Of a stretch of DNA of 64,000 nucleotides, positions 12,576-25,450 are shown in pieces. Origin of the DNA: Camelus dromedarius. Lineage: Eukaryota. The position numbers were made by a program, and so were the translations under genes. The notes beneath the pieces were generated by a model. It saw nothing but the letters and a program-made list of their open reading frames with translations, was not told where the DNA came from and did no database searches. The stretch's first letter is position 1; every line of letters begins with the position of its first letter. The stretch lies in the NCBI RefSeq assembly GCF_036321535.1, contig NC_087436.1, positions 100,752,001 through 100,816,000 on the forward strand, read 5' to 3'.

Positions 12576-13996
12576 AGGCTGTCACTGAGGGGGTGACACC
12601 AACAAGAAGACAGAATTCCTCCTCTGTGTTAGGTGTTCTGATGGGAATGTGTGCTCACAGCAGAATCGCGTTCCCAAGCCTCTGGAGAGTTCTTCAGCTG
12701 AACTTGAATAAGGAACAGGAACTGGAAACGACAAAGGCAGGGAAGACGTTCCAGCAGAGCAAACACAAAGGGAAGACCAAATAAGTAAATTTTTAGTCTT
12801 TCAAAGCCCTAAAATACACGGTCTTCAAATTTTTGTAAAATTTTGTAAAAGTGAGCTTCTGTTTTAAAAAGGAGAGGAAGGAAAAGAAGGAGGAGGAGGG
12901 ACGGGGAAGAAGGGGAGGGAAATCACAAAACCCATCTTGAAAAGTGTGAAAGCTTTGAAAAGCCAAGGAAGTGGTTCAACTTTAAGTCAAAGTTCTTACA
13001 CATATTTTCATTACTTTTTCTGTGGGGCCAAACCTTAAGAAACAACATTCCACCCCTTCCTTGTTTTATTATATCAAAGAGATATTAAGGGGTTTAAATT
13101 CCATTTATCAAGGTAAACCAACATTTTCCCCCTCACAGCATGAGAGCTTATAAAAAATAAATTCCCAACAACGTCCTCGGAGGTGTTATTAGGTAGGTGT
13201 TTGTTTGCTATTGAAATGACAAGCAGCAAGTTCTCCCATTCCCTTATTCTTTTTCATCTCGAGTAAAATAAATGGAAAACATCACCGCTGATGGAAAAAC
13301 GTTTTGTCAGACTCTTCCTTCTGGTCTCCCCGTCGGCATTTTAATACCACTCAGAATGAGTTCAAGAGGGTCACTTTTTAATAAATGTAGGAACACGTAG
13401 AGGTTTTTCTAAATAAAACTAAGCCATTCTGCCTTTTGTTAGTTTGCTTATGTTGTACAAAGCATTCTTTCCCTTCCTGTGCCAATCACATTATTTCCTT
13501 TTACTTTTCTCAGCCCCAACCTCACAACATACTAATGGACCAAGCTTATTTCACACCATGTCATACCTTGCACAATTGAAGTGTTTGTTTATAAAGCCAT
13601 CGCCTTAAAGTAGAGCGGAGGGAGAGGAAAGTGTAAAAGACCAATTCTGTTCCTTAATATCATTAATGGAAAGATTTATGGTCACTGAAAGTAGTGTATC
13701 GCTGACAACAGCTTTAGTGAAGCCACATCTGTTTACCCTAATGCTTAAGGAGCAGGAGATGTGACAGGGAATGAGAATATGCCATTTGATTTGCAGCTAT
13801 TACCTGACTTCAAAGATAATGGGTGGCTGCGTAAAGACAAATCATTATTACAGGTGCAGCAACTGGACCTCATTGCAACCAGCGGAAGCCTAGCTCTAAA
13901 CAGACTGCAGGCTTCCGGTAAACAGTATTTTAATGCATTCTCTTAATGTGAGGAGTTCTCATTCTCAGATGAAATTGCATTAAAAATAAAGCTTTT

Positions 13997-14165
13997 AAAC
14001 AACAGGTTTCTTCAATATAGCACAGGGAACTATATTCAGTATCTTGTAGTAACTTATGGTGAAAGAGAATATGAAAATGAATATATGTATATTCATGTAT
14101 GACAAACATTATGCTGTATACCAGAAATTGACTCATTGTAAATGGACTATACTTCAATTAAAAGA
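13997..14165 (+). mobile_element. 5'-truncated L1 3' end
   Basis: aaacaacaggtttct...tatagcacagggaactatattcagtatcttgta...gactatacttcaattaaaa. Confidence 0.9.
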
Positions 14166-14602
14166 AGAATTTTTAGAGATGGATTTTAAATATTATTTTT
14201 AATATGAGTTTCCTTCGATCATTTTATAAAAATCAAATCAGGTAATATCTCCTCTCTCAAACAACTTTTACTTTTTCTTTCTGAATCATCTATTGATGTG
14301 TGATGTAACAGTACATTTTAAAATCACTCCATCTTGACAAACAAATAATACATTTTTACAAGGCTTCTGGATGTTGACTGAGATGAAAGAGATTCCCTTT
14401 GAAGTTTAAATGTGATTATAATAGAAGATCTGTTGAGTTCAAGAAAAAATATGGAGTCTTAGGGAAATTATAAGATTATAAGTACAGCACAAGCTTGGAG
14501 GTGAGTTCTAATTCTGAGAATCAACAATTGCCAAAGACAGCATACTACTCATTCTCACTTAATTCCACATGGGAATTAGCCAGGACTTATAAATGTGTCT
14601 TT

Positions 14603-14751
14603 TTCTTTTAATTGAAGTATAGTCAGTTACAATGTGTCAGTTTCTGGTGTATAGCACAATGTCCCAGTCATGCATATATATACATATATTAGTTTTCACA
14701 TCCTTTTTCATTAAAGATAATTACAAAATATTAAATATGGTTCCCTGTGTG
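14603..14751 (-). mobile_element. 5'-truncated L1 3' end
   Basis: TSD taaatgtgt(c/t)ttt at about 14590-14602 and 14752-14763, followed by AA (L1 endonuclease site TTTT/AA). Confidence 0.9.
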
Positions 14752-15549
14752 TAAATGTGTTTTAACGGTAGAGTACTCTAGAAGTAATGCAGAGAGCAAA
14801 TTTGTAAAACAATACCTTTAAATCAGTCAGCTTATTCACATGAAATTTCTTGCATTCCTCAAACAACTGTTACACTTTTTAAATGGAAATAATAATAAGC
14901 CTAGGAATTTTAGTTAGACAGCAAAATTAAACTACAGAGAAAAAGTCCATTTATGAAATTATTTTCATTAGTCCTTACCCACAGAGACAGTGGAAAGGTC
15001 AGGTTCAAACACCAAATTGTCCCTCTTTAAACACTTGTCCTGTGTCATGTGATGGTATATGGGTTACCTAGATGGATAAGACACGGCTACTCTAAAATGA
15101 AGATCTTTATCTAAGATAAGAAAAGCAGAAATCCAAGCAAGGCATCTTAATTAAGCAAAGGCAATGTGTGCTCTGAGGGGGCTGAACTGCTTGGGAAAGC
15201 ACTCCCAGAAGGGGTGAGGAAATTTCAGGCCTAGAGGTTGAGTAATGTTTAAGTCATTGAAGAGTGCAGGGAGAATTCGAAACAGAGAAAACAGCCAGAA
15301 TGAAGGTACAAGAATGATATCAGGGGGCATTTTGTGGAAAGTGTGATGAGTGTTTCCAGTATATGAAAGACAGGGAGGTGGCATGACTGTAAATAAATCT
15401 GGAAATGGAAAAGTACCCTCACCTTCAACTACTAATATGTGTTGTGAGGAATCCGAGTTACATATAAAGTTGGTTTGAACTAACATATACATATACTGTA
15501 TGTTACCTACAGCTAATCAGAAAAAGTCAACTTGTTTACCCTTGATTTC

Positions 15550-15690
15550 CTACCATGTGCTTAGCACTCATGTGCTTATCATTCATTATTTGTTTTGATC
15601 CTCTCCATTACCTCAACCATTTTTATTTCCCCCATTTCACAGATGAGAAAACTGAGCCTTAGAGGAGTGAAATTGCTATCCGGGACTGTT
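15550..15690 (-). mobile_element. MIR SINE
   Basis: MIR core cccatttcacagatgagaaaactgagccttagaggagtgaa. Confidence 0.8.
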
Positions 15691-15724
15691 GGAGTCTAAT
15701 AACAGACTGACAGCAAAGGCAGAG

Positions 15725-15975
15725 AGCAAATTAGTGATTCAGAGCACAGACTCGGCAGCCAGACTTCTTAGGGCCAAAACCCAGCACCACACATATAGGA
15801 TTTGTGACTTTGGACCAGGGCTTAACATCTCTGTGACTCAGTTTCCTCTTATAGAATAACAGAACCTACTGACAGGGTTGTATGAGGTACCACAGGTAAA
15901 CCACTTAGCATAATGCCTGCTACTTTGTGAGTGCTGCTTAAAGATGTATTGCCGTATTTTTAGCACCACCATTAT
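15725..15975 (+). mobile_element. MIR SINE (near full length)
   Basis: agagcacagactc...tgtgactttggaccagggcttaacatctctgtgactcagtttcctc...cttagcataatgcctg. Confidence 0.8.
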
Positions 15976-16109
15976 TACAAAGGAAAGAACAGGATGAGGA
16001 TGCAGATGACAAACTACCTCTTCAAAGGAAATTAAGATTTAAAGATGACTACCTCCTCCCAATTAAAAATATAACTTCTGAAAATAACAAAGAACCTATT
16101 TAAACCGTA

Positions 16110-16295
16110 TACGTCATCCCCTTAAACTTGAAAACTCTGCACCATTATATTCCCCACTTCACAGAGAAACTTGAAACTTACAGAACCCAAGTAACTTGCT
16201 CACGTTTCCACAGTTATAACAGTAACCAAATTGGAATCAAATAGTGACTGCTATCCTTTAACATCTGTGCCATTGGTACCATTCTACCAGCCTCT
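16110..16295 (-). mobile_element. MIR SINE
   Basis: ccccacttcacagagaaact...aagtaacttgctcacgtttccacag. Confidence 0.65.
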
Positions 16296-16339
16296 GTCGG
16301 GTGCAGAGCGTCTCAAGTCCACAGGGGCCAGGGGCAGAA

Positions 16340-16665
16340 GGCAGAGAAGACTTCACAACGGAGGTTCCAAGTAAACTAAGTTTTAAAGGGGGAATAAAGA
16401 ACTGAAAATGCAGTCAAAGGCAAGGAGAGTCTGCCGGGGAGGGGAATTATCCACTGCAAAGACGCCCCAAGTAAGAAGTACACGCAGGGAAAAGCAAGCT
16501 TAGTTTGGCTGGTGATGCTCATGGTGCTTTTGGGGAAATGGAGGGAGAAGAGGAGAGGAGGTCAGCAGTTACCAAACGTATCAGGGCTTTATGCGTCGTC
16601 CCATAGTTTTTGATTCTTTCTTGCCCTCAGAAATGTGGGGGTCATTAATGCTTTTTAAGTTGGAG
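16340..16665 (-). mobile_element. L2 fragment
   Basis: Purine-rich reverse-strand L2-like sequence ending aatgtgggggtcattaatgctttttaagttggag. Confidence 0.55.
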
Positions 16666-16904
16666 TTTGTAAAGCACTTATTTAAATTAATGAATTCATT
16701 GATACACACACATACACACATAAACTCTTATACTCAAAGGAACTTGGAGCTTAGTAGAGAAAAAAAAAAAGATGTAAACAGATAAATTACAATGTAGAGC
16801 CATGTATGAAGCTGGAGCAGCTCATACAAAGAGCAGAGGAGACACAGAAATTGGCTCGATCCCTTTATGTCAGGGAAGGACCTGACCCTGTTCGTTTTCA
16901 TTCC

Positions 16905-16946
16905 CCTCCTCCTCCTCCTCCACCTTCTTCTTCCTCTTCTTCTTCC
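16905..16946. repeat. (CCT)n(CTT)n polypyrimidine simple repeat
   Basis: Directly visible. Confidence 0.9.
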
Positions 16947-17274
16947 ATTAAAAAGAAAAGCCATAGAAACTACCTACATTTTCTTCTTCGGGAGTGTCCT
17001 CACACATTTCAGCCTGCATTCCACTCCGGGCATTGTTTGTACAGCGTTGTCTTTGCCAGCCATGCAGTCCAGCAGGTGAACTTTCGGAAGTCGGGTATCT
17101 TGTGCACATCGCAAGAGCCCTGCCCCTCCAAGCTGCCCATTGTTTCTGGCCAAACAGCTTTAGTTCAACCATGTCTAGGGGTCCCTCTGCTCCCTTTGTT
17201 ATCTGGACCTTCACAAATTTCAGGCTTCCAAAGTGTTTCTAACTAATCACTTAAATAGTTCAAGTGTGGTTCAA

Positions 17275-17855
17275 TTGTTGCTTAGTTAATGCAAACATAG
17301 GCTCCTTTTTCTGTACTACCTACTAGGTGAAGCACTAAATGAAAAATTGGTGAGCAAAAGAGACAGGATTCTTGCCCTTGAGGGATTTACTCCCCAGTAG
17401 TCAATAATAATTTCAGCACAAAATATTACACATAAACATATATTTAAGTGCCACCATATGAAAGGTAGAAGGCTAAGAAAGACTATTTCTGGGAAGTCTA
17501 AATTTCAGTTTAGGCTGGAATTCACAGAGGATCTCAAGGAACCCATCATCTTTGGCTAAAACTGAAGGATGCATTAGGAGCAAACAGAGGGGTGGGTCAT
17601 GAAGGGAGTGGTGAAGGTAGAGGAGAGGATACCTGTGACACACATCTAAAGGTCTAGAGGGAAAAACCGGTGCGTTGCAGGAGCTGAAGAACTGGCCATG
17701 GTCAGAACAAGGAAAAGACTGAGGAGGAAAACAACACAGTCTACGACTGGACATGTAGGGAGACAGGGACCAGGCTGTGCAGGGCCTTTTATATATACTT
17801 GAAGTTTGGCATTTTTATTCTGAGAGCAATGGGAAGTCAGTGAAGGGCTTTAAAC
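17275..17855 (-). mobile_element. L2 3' region
   Basis: ggtgagcaaaagagacaggattcttgcccttgaggga...tttattctgagagcaatgggaagtcagtgaagggctttaa. Confidence 0.75.
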
Positions 17856-20800
17856 ACCCAAATTTGTGGAAACAAATACAAAATATGATATGCACCTCAT
17901 ATCTTTTCCTCCTGGTAGCACACGGCACAGACATCGTTTGGCTTATGGTGACTCTGCCCAGTCATGTATTTATAGGTTCTGCTAGTTAAAAATGCATGAA
18001 ACTTCATGTACACATAAAATTTATGAAGATATCATTTAAATAGATTATTTTATGCCTCCCATAAACAGTAATAGCATACTTTGTAGTAAAGTAAATGGTG
18101 TTCAGTTGAGAATACTGTATTTGCTTTGTTTCTTCATACTCATTGGCTCCCTGATTATTATCACAAGATGATGTATTGAAGGTGTCTTCCTTATCGTTGG
18201 CTCATGGTTTTTCCCTACTCAAGGTGATTTCTAAACACCAAAGTGTGCAACCAAAGAAAACAACTTCATTTCATTACCAACTCACCTCTACTTTTTCTGC
18301 TTTCCTGAATAGGGATTTCCCTAAAATTCTCCACAAAGTAAGTTTTAATTTACTCAACCCTCATGTGATCTCTTCACAAATAATATGAACAAACACCAGT
18401 GCTATCCAAATTAAAGGGAAATGGAAAACCTACACAAACAAGAATATTCCAACTATTATAATGGTACAAGTCACACCTACCAAGTGTGCTTATCTATGTA
18501 AAGTAGTTTGAAAAAAAAGGGGAGGCAAAGGTAAGAAGATGGGAAGGTTGAATGGTACCCAAACGTTAGCTGAGCAAATGCTTCACAAAACAAGACTTAA
18601 CTCATTGATCTGAGAGGTAAAGATACTGAAGTGTATCATACATGACCTAACCTATTAACTTCTTTCAAAATAGTCTCTGATATCTTTCAGAGACTGGGTT
18701 TGGGATTGGAAAGGAAAAACAAAATCTCGGGGAAATACAGTCATAATTCTGTGGCAGGTAACATGTTTTACTACCTTATTTTCATTTTTGAGATATTTAT
18801 ACAGATGTCAAAAGAGAAAAATACTACCTCTGATTTCAAATTCTCAAATATAGAGAAGTAAATCCAAATTCTCCCACTAAACCACAAGCTCTCGGTTTTA
18901 TGTATGGCTGTGTTGTAAAGGAATGTGAATTGAAAACATGTTTCTACAGGCTAAGTTTAGGTTGCCCTTTGTGGATCTAAATTTCAGATCAGTGGGCGCT
19001 GCATTTGTGAGCTGCAGTGAAAGCTACAGCGTTACAACGTCTCCAGAAAAGAAATTTGGCTTCTCTAGCGGCCTCCCACGATGGCAGCTTTAAACCCAAA
19101 TTGACATTTAACAGGGACAACTGAGAGGCTGGAAAAGACCATCCTCTGAAACTGTCCTCATAAATAAAGGTTAAGTATGTGAATATTGTGATGCTGAAAT
19201 CCAGACTAAACTCTATGATAGAAAGATGGCCTGATCCTGAAATTTACCAGATTAAAAATGTGCTCCAGAGCTAATGAAAAGCATCGCGACTGCAGTGACC
19301 TTTGATTTCTCTCACCTTCTCTCCTTCGTTTGGTCCAAAAAGCCTTGATTCTTCATGACCTTCACCCTTATGAGCCTTTTCTTCTCTCGGTAAAGTGGTC
19401 TGGAGGTAGAGATACTTTTGGTTTCTTCAAAAGAAAAAATACATATAAATGTATGCAAAATATATATGGGCATATTTATGTATCTTCTTTTTTATGTGTT
19501 TCTATTCAAAAACATTCTGGAGGCACTCATAAAGTCCTAGAAAGAACATCGTACTCATACATTTTACTCAAACATAAGTACACACATATTGAAGGTAAGA
19601 TGATCATTTCCAGAAAATAGTAGTTTTAACACATGTATTATTAACATAATTCCCCACTCCCAGAAATGATAAAAGCAGATGTTAAAATTTGAAAACAAGA
19701 AAGAAACTAGAAAAAAAAACTTTCATGAGAAAAAAAAATTGTTAGAAAAATACAGCATCCACTTTACAGATCTCTTGTAAACTTCTGCTTAGTAAAGTAT
19801 AGGAGAGAAACAAACCTAAAAGGACATAATATCAACATACACCTTTTCCTCGTAAGAGATGACCTTTCCACAGCTCTCTTCCTCGTCTCTTCTGGCTGTG
19901 ATCTCTGAGGTGCTAACACTGACCTACATCCATTAGTTCTCCAGTTTTTGATCTTATATGAAAGATCTAACACCATCTGGGTAAATGTTTAAAGGAGTCA
20001 AGGGAAAGTCACTTATGGCATTTGGCAGGTAATAGAGTAATGGGATAGATCCCATTATGTTCAAGAGTGGGTTATGGGGGGAGGAGGGAATAAAGGGAAA
20101 AAAATCAATACAGAAAAAGAGCTGAGATAGCATAATAGAAGGAAAAGAACACAGTTACTTGGGAGAGAGAATTTTTCTGTAGTATCTCCTTAGAGACTCC
20201 CATGAAGTTAAACAAAACATGAACTTTTTGAGGCTGGAGATAAAAGATTGGCTGACAACAAAAAGACTGAAACAGAATGTCAGCCATCAGATTTAGGGAA
20301 GAAAGCTAAGGAAACAAATGATGCTTTAGCAAAAATGTAAATGATTCAAGAAGCAGGATTTGGCAGAAAATATCCAAGAGTAGATATGAATTCCTCTGGC
20401 TCTAGCCACGTGATGATTTTTCCCATTTGCAGGATAGAGAAAACAGTATCATAAATATTTTTCTGAAGCAAGCTGGTCTTAAAGTTTCTACACCATATCT
20501 CAGGAGGCAGGCGCTTTCAAACTTTGATTCTCCCTATGTAGAATGAGGACATCGTTTTATATCATGATCTTAGGTACATAAACACGCACACACAGTGACA
20601 AAAAGTCTTCTGAAACAGTACTATGTGTAATGCTGTCTGGAATTTTCTCTTCTAATTCATTTAAAATAACGCTGATTGAAACTCATTAATTACACTTCCT
20701 GACAACTGCTAAAGGTGTCTATGAATTTGCGCTGGAAGAGTGAATACTGATTCCATGCTGGAAGTTTCTTTGTGTTTGTTTCCTGGTGATCCTTCTATGT

Positions 20801-22539
20801 GTACCTAATCTACTTAGGAGCAGACCCATCCCTTCCTTAAGCTCTAAGAGGATTCCCCTGAGCAATGCCTAATGGGAATTTACCTAGAAAATGTTATTAA
20901 GGACGAGGGAGGATGTGAGTGGCTTCTTCATCTGCTCAATCTGCATGCTCATTATAGCCCAGGGAACTCAGTGAGCACAGAGGACTAGCTAAAATGGGAG
21001 ACCAAAGCCTCCTCCTGAGACCCAGCAGAGGGCTAGCGGCAGCCCCTTCTCCGTGTGCCCCCAGCAAGAGCGGGCAATGCCAGCTCAGGTCTCCAGACAT
21101 TTTAACAAATAGACTTTCTCAGTCAGAGTGCTGAAAACAGCTCACTATAATCTCATTCAGTACATTTTAAGCAGCAGAATATCTCTAAATGCTGGATCTT
21201 GCAACAAATGCATAGTGTCATGGCAGCATTTAAAAAAACATGAGATTAAAGAGAACAGAACAAAAATATCTGATGGCTTTGCAGATTTTATATACATTTT
21301 TTCATACTTTTTTTTCATTTACTTAGATCTATGTCTGTCTGAACATATATGTATGGACTCATATGTGATATAAACTATCGTGTTTATAGTAAAAATCATT
21401 ACAAACTGCTTTAAGTTATTCTGTCATTACATTAAAGAGGAAGTAAAAGGACATGTGAAAACTAAACGGTTCCTTTGTGTTGAGGTCGTAGGGTGTCTAT
21501 TTTATTATGATCAAGAGCAAACAAGAAATTAAAAAAAATAAATTCAGTCTAACCATGCTGAATCATCTCCTCAAAAAGGTAACAAAATGACTATAATCAT
21601 AACTACATCACACAAAAATTGAATCAGATTTATTATAAAGATACTATGTAGTATTTCCATAATACACAATAATAACACTACTATGAATTTTAAAATCAGA
21701 GAATTAAAAATCTAGAAAACTAGTAACAGATACATATAATTCATTTGTAATTATTATTTTATGAACAAGAAGTGGAATGGAAATAATATTTTTTAAGTTT
21801 TTTTTAATATCAAGTGAAGGAAGACTAGCATTTAGCTGATTTGGAGGAGTTTATTACAAGCCCAGAGAAATCTACCAACTGACCACCAACTAGACAGGTT
21901 TGGTGATTTAACTCCGTTAAGTATTTTTTTAAATGTTGTTTAGGTGGGAAGAAAAACCAGGTCAAATGATAGCAAAATAAGTTTTACCTATATTTCTACC
22001 AAAAACAATCTAAAATGTAAAGTATGTTTTCCCAATAATTCAGGGGAAAAAAAAAGCTTATTGAAATAAAAATAATGGCCCTGCATAAAAAATGGGAAAA
22101 GAGTCATAAATGTGCAATGCTGACAGAATGGAAACAGATTACTTATTATGCAGTGTATAAATGAGTTAACAATTCCTGTTGAAAAATCTAAATGCTGTTC
22201 ACAGAGAAACTTAGAGCAAATGGTGAAAATAGTTCACAGAGAAGGCTCAGGAGGGAAAAATCAGATGGTTACAAACAAAAACAGAAAGCAGGGCAAACAA
22301 TAATTACATCAGCTGAAAAATCATCAAGTTGAGTAGAAAACTCATCTTTAAATGATGAGGGGACAGTTTCTAACTCAGAGTCCTGGAAACTAGAGGATAC
22401 GCAATGTCGTACTTTACCTGAAGGTTGGTAACAGCCTTTACCTGGAAAACAGCAATGATTAAGAAATCTTCCCAGCATTTGTATTTCAGGAGACGGCTTA
22501 CTGGATAGAACATCTCTTCCCATATGACTGAGGAACTCA

Positions 22540-22900
22540 CAGATATTCCAACTGTTTACCTGTAACAGGACCAGACGCAGACCTAAATTTCCATTCTTTG
22601 AATCATAAATGATTAGCTGAACTATTTGTCCCTACTGACCAATTTGGACAAAAACCCCACTAACTTGACTTAACATAAATAGTTTGGTTTCTCCCCTCCC
22701 CACTGTCCCTGGGAACTTGACGTCCCTTTGAGTGTTGGAAAATGGAATAATCCTTCTTCAGCAATCCCTCTGGACATTGTCCGATGTGAGGAAATTCATT
22801 CCCCAGTCAACTGTCCAATGGTCCCACCTGGCTTTCTCACTCCTTTTCATCCCATTCTTTCTACCCTTATTTACTCTTCCACATAAAATAAGAGTCATTT
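22540..22900 (+). mobile_element. ERV1 LTR fragment (MER90/MER110-like)
   Basis: cctaaatttccattctttgaatcataaatgattagctgaactatttgtccctactgaccaat...ctaacttgactt. The 3' side runs into an L1. Confidence 0.6.
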
Positions 22901-23605
22901 CTCTGTTTCTGTAAGTTCACCTTTTTTCTTTTAGATTTCTCATGTAAGTGATATCATGAAGTATTTATCTTTCTCCATCTGGTTTATTTCACTTAACATA
23001 ATGCTGTCAAGTTCCATCCACATGTCAAAAACAGCAGGATTTCCTCCTTTCTCATTGCTGAATGACATTCCACTGTATGTACATGTTTCTTTATCCATTC
23101 ATCGATCAATAGACACTTAGGCTGTTTCCATATCTTGACTATTGTGACTAATAATGCAATGAACACGAGTGCAGACTTCTCTTTAATAAATAGCTGGTTT
23201 TCATTTCCTTTGAGCATATACCCAGTAGTGAAATTTCTGTATCATATTTTTGTTTTTAATTTTTTGAGAAACCTCTGTACAGTTTTCATAGTGTCTATAC
23301 CAATTTATGTTCCCACCAACAGTGCACAAGGGTTTCCTTTTTTCCACATCCTCAACAACACCTGTTATCTCTTGTCTTTTTGATGATAACAGCTCTAAAA
23401 AATGTGAGGCAATATCTCATTGTGGTTTTGATTTGCATTTTCCTGATATTTTGTGACATTGAGCACCTTTTAATGTACCTGCTGGCCATTTGTGTATCTT
23501 CTTTGGGAAAATGTCTATTCAGTTTCTCTTGCCAGTTTTCAGTCAAATTGCTTGTTTTTTTGATTGTTTGTTGTTTTTGCCATGGAGTAATCTTAGTTCT
23601 ATGTA
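22900..23605 (-). mobile_element. L1 ORF2 C-terminus/3'UTR (older L1MA-type), inverted part
   Basis: Minus-strand frames give LNRHFPKEDTQMASRYIKRCSMSQNIRKMQIKTTMRY and VFIALLVTIVKIWKQPKCLLIDEWIKK, typical of the L1 ORF2 C-terminus. Confidence 0.92.
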
Positions 23606-23606
23606 T

Positions 23607-23720
23607 GTTTAGCTATAAGATGATTAAGGCTTGAGGATCTAATATATAACATGGTGACTATAGTTGATAATGCTGTATTATATAACTGAAATTTACTGAG
23701 AGTAAAGCTTAAATATTCCT
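23607..23720 (+). mobile_element. L1 3'UTR (L1MA9-like), sense part
   Basis: gctataagatgattaaggcttgaggatctaatatataacatggtgactatagttgataatgctgtatt. Confidence 0.8.
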
Positions 23721-23729
23721 ATAAATATG

Positions 23730-23771
<42 letters not shown>
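23730..23771. repeat. Compound (TA)n(GA)n microsatellite
   Basis: Directly visible. Confidence 0.95.
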
Positions 23772-24097
23772 AATAGATACATTTATAAGAAGAAAGAGAG
23801 AGAAACTAGGACTTTCACATCCATGTGAAAAAGGATGCATTTTTCTATAACTATTTCTTTTTAAACTGCAACTTCAAATAAAGGAAAAAAGTAATTTTTA
23901 ACTTTATTTACTTTTAAAGTAAATTCAATTTTCATTAAGAAACAATAAGGGACTTAGCATTAAATTGCATACATTTATTCATATGATAAGGAAAGTTTTT
24001 CTTTGTACTATACAAAGACAGGAAACACTAGGAAAAGATATAGATCTGGTACATGAAAAAATATGTATGTGCATGTGCATGCATGTATGTATGTGTG

Positions 24098-24473
24098 TGT
24101 CTCAGTCAGCTTGGGTTGCTATAGCAAGTTACCATTGACCAGGTGGCTTAAACAACAAATATTTATTTCTCACAGTTCTGGAGGCTGGAAGTCCATGAGC
24201 ATGGTGTCAGCATGGTTGGGTTCTGGTGAGAGCCCTCTTCAGGGTTGCAGAAAGCTGACCTCTCACTATGTCCTTACATAGTGGAAGAAGAATGAGCAAG
24301 TTCTCTGGTCCCTTCTTATAAGGGCATTAATCACATTCATGAGGGCCTCACCCTCATGACCTCATGACCTCTCAAAGGCCCTACCTCCAAATCCCATCAT
24401 TTTGGGGATTAGATTTCAACAAAGGAATTTGGCCAGGGTAGGGTAGGGGAGCTCAAACATTCAATCCATAACT
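24098..24473 (-). mobile_element. MaLR LTR (MLT1A-like)
   Basis: ggtggcttaaacaacaaatatttatttctcacagttctggaggctggaagtcca...aaacattcaatccataa. Confidence 0.9.
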
Positions 24474-25229
24474 AAATATACATACACAGACACAAATATG
24501 TGTGTGCATGTATATAAAATATATAGTATATTTACATGTAAACCAATCAAAAGACCAAAAGTCTCTGAAAATACTTTGGAACTTATGTTTTGACCAGGTA
24601 TGAAGCCTTAGTTAGCCCTTCGATGTGAAAATTGTGCAGGACACCACTCCAAGGGACAAGATTTGCATTCATAGAGCTTGTGGATTTGTAGATGTGAATA
24701 CTGTAGATTTGTGAACTTGACAGCTTGCTGGCAGATTGCAGACAGGGAGGTGTCCTGGAGAGGGGCTGCTTCTAATGCAAACAATGTGCTATTTGAGGGA
24801 ATGATTGCTGATCCTGCCAGAGGAGCGAACACGCTCCAATTTTTATTACGCACTGAACTTTTATATTCAGGTTTACATCATTTGCCAGTTGAAATTATGC
24901 AAACAATATAATGTGCTTCTGTTCAAGTGAATATTTACAAACATCAGGCTCTGCTGTTTCCTGAGTCAGGTTCTCCAACAACAGCAAGGCCACAGCCCAG
25001 CCTTTAAGCATCTCAGAAAGCTGCCTGCCATTTAGGACCCTAAATAAAAATTTAAAAATTATGAAAAATGAAGTGAAAGTAGCGCCCCATCTGCTGAAAT
25101 TGAATTCAATGTCACAGTTACTAAAGGAATGAAAACAAGAATATGTGATGCTGTTTTATTGCCATCAAAATGAAAAGTTAAAAATAATGAAAATCCTAGT
25201 GCTTTCATAAAAGTAGGAAATTGCTAATC

Positions 25230-25450
25230 TTATCATTAATGCTTGTGTAAATTAGTTTTTTCTGAAACAAAGTTGATAATATTTCAAAATTCTTAAAAAT
25301 ATTATCATTTACTTCTAGGAATTCACCCTAAGGAAATAATATTCAGAGATACAAATGAAGATGTATATACAACGATTTCATTCTACTACTATTTTTAATA
25401 GCAAAAAAATCTCATGATTAAAAATAAGAATATTGATTTTAAAAAGTGGA
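25230..25450 (+). mobile_element. Ancient L1 (L1ME-like) fragment
   Basis: acttctaggaattcaccctaaggaaataat...gaagatgtatatacaacgatttcatt...tttaatagcaaaaaa. Confidence 0.6.

Noticed and set aside
16806..17246. Longest ORF (146 aa) with poly-Pro/poly-Ser
   Set aside because: The low-complexity tract comes from a (CCT)/(CTT) repeat. There is no recognisable domain, and overlapping frames are open on both strands, as expected by chance.
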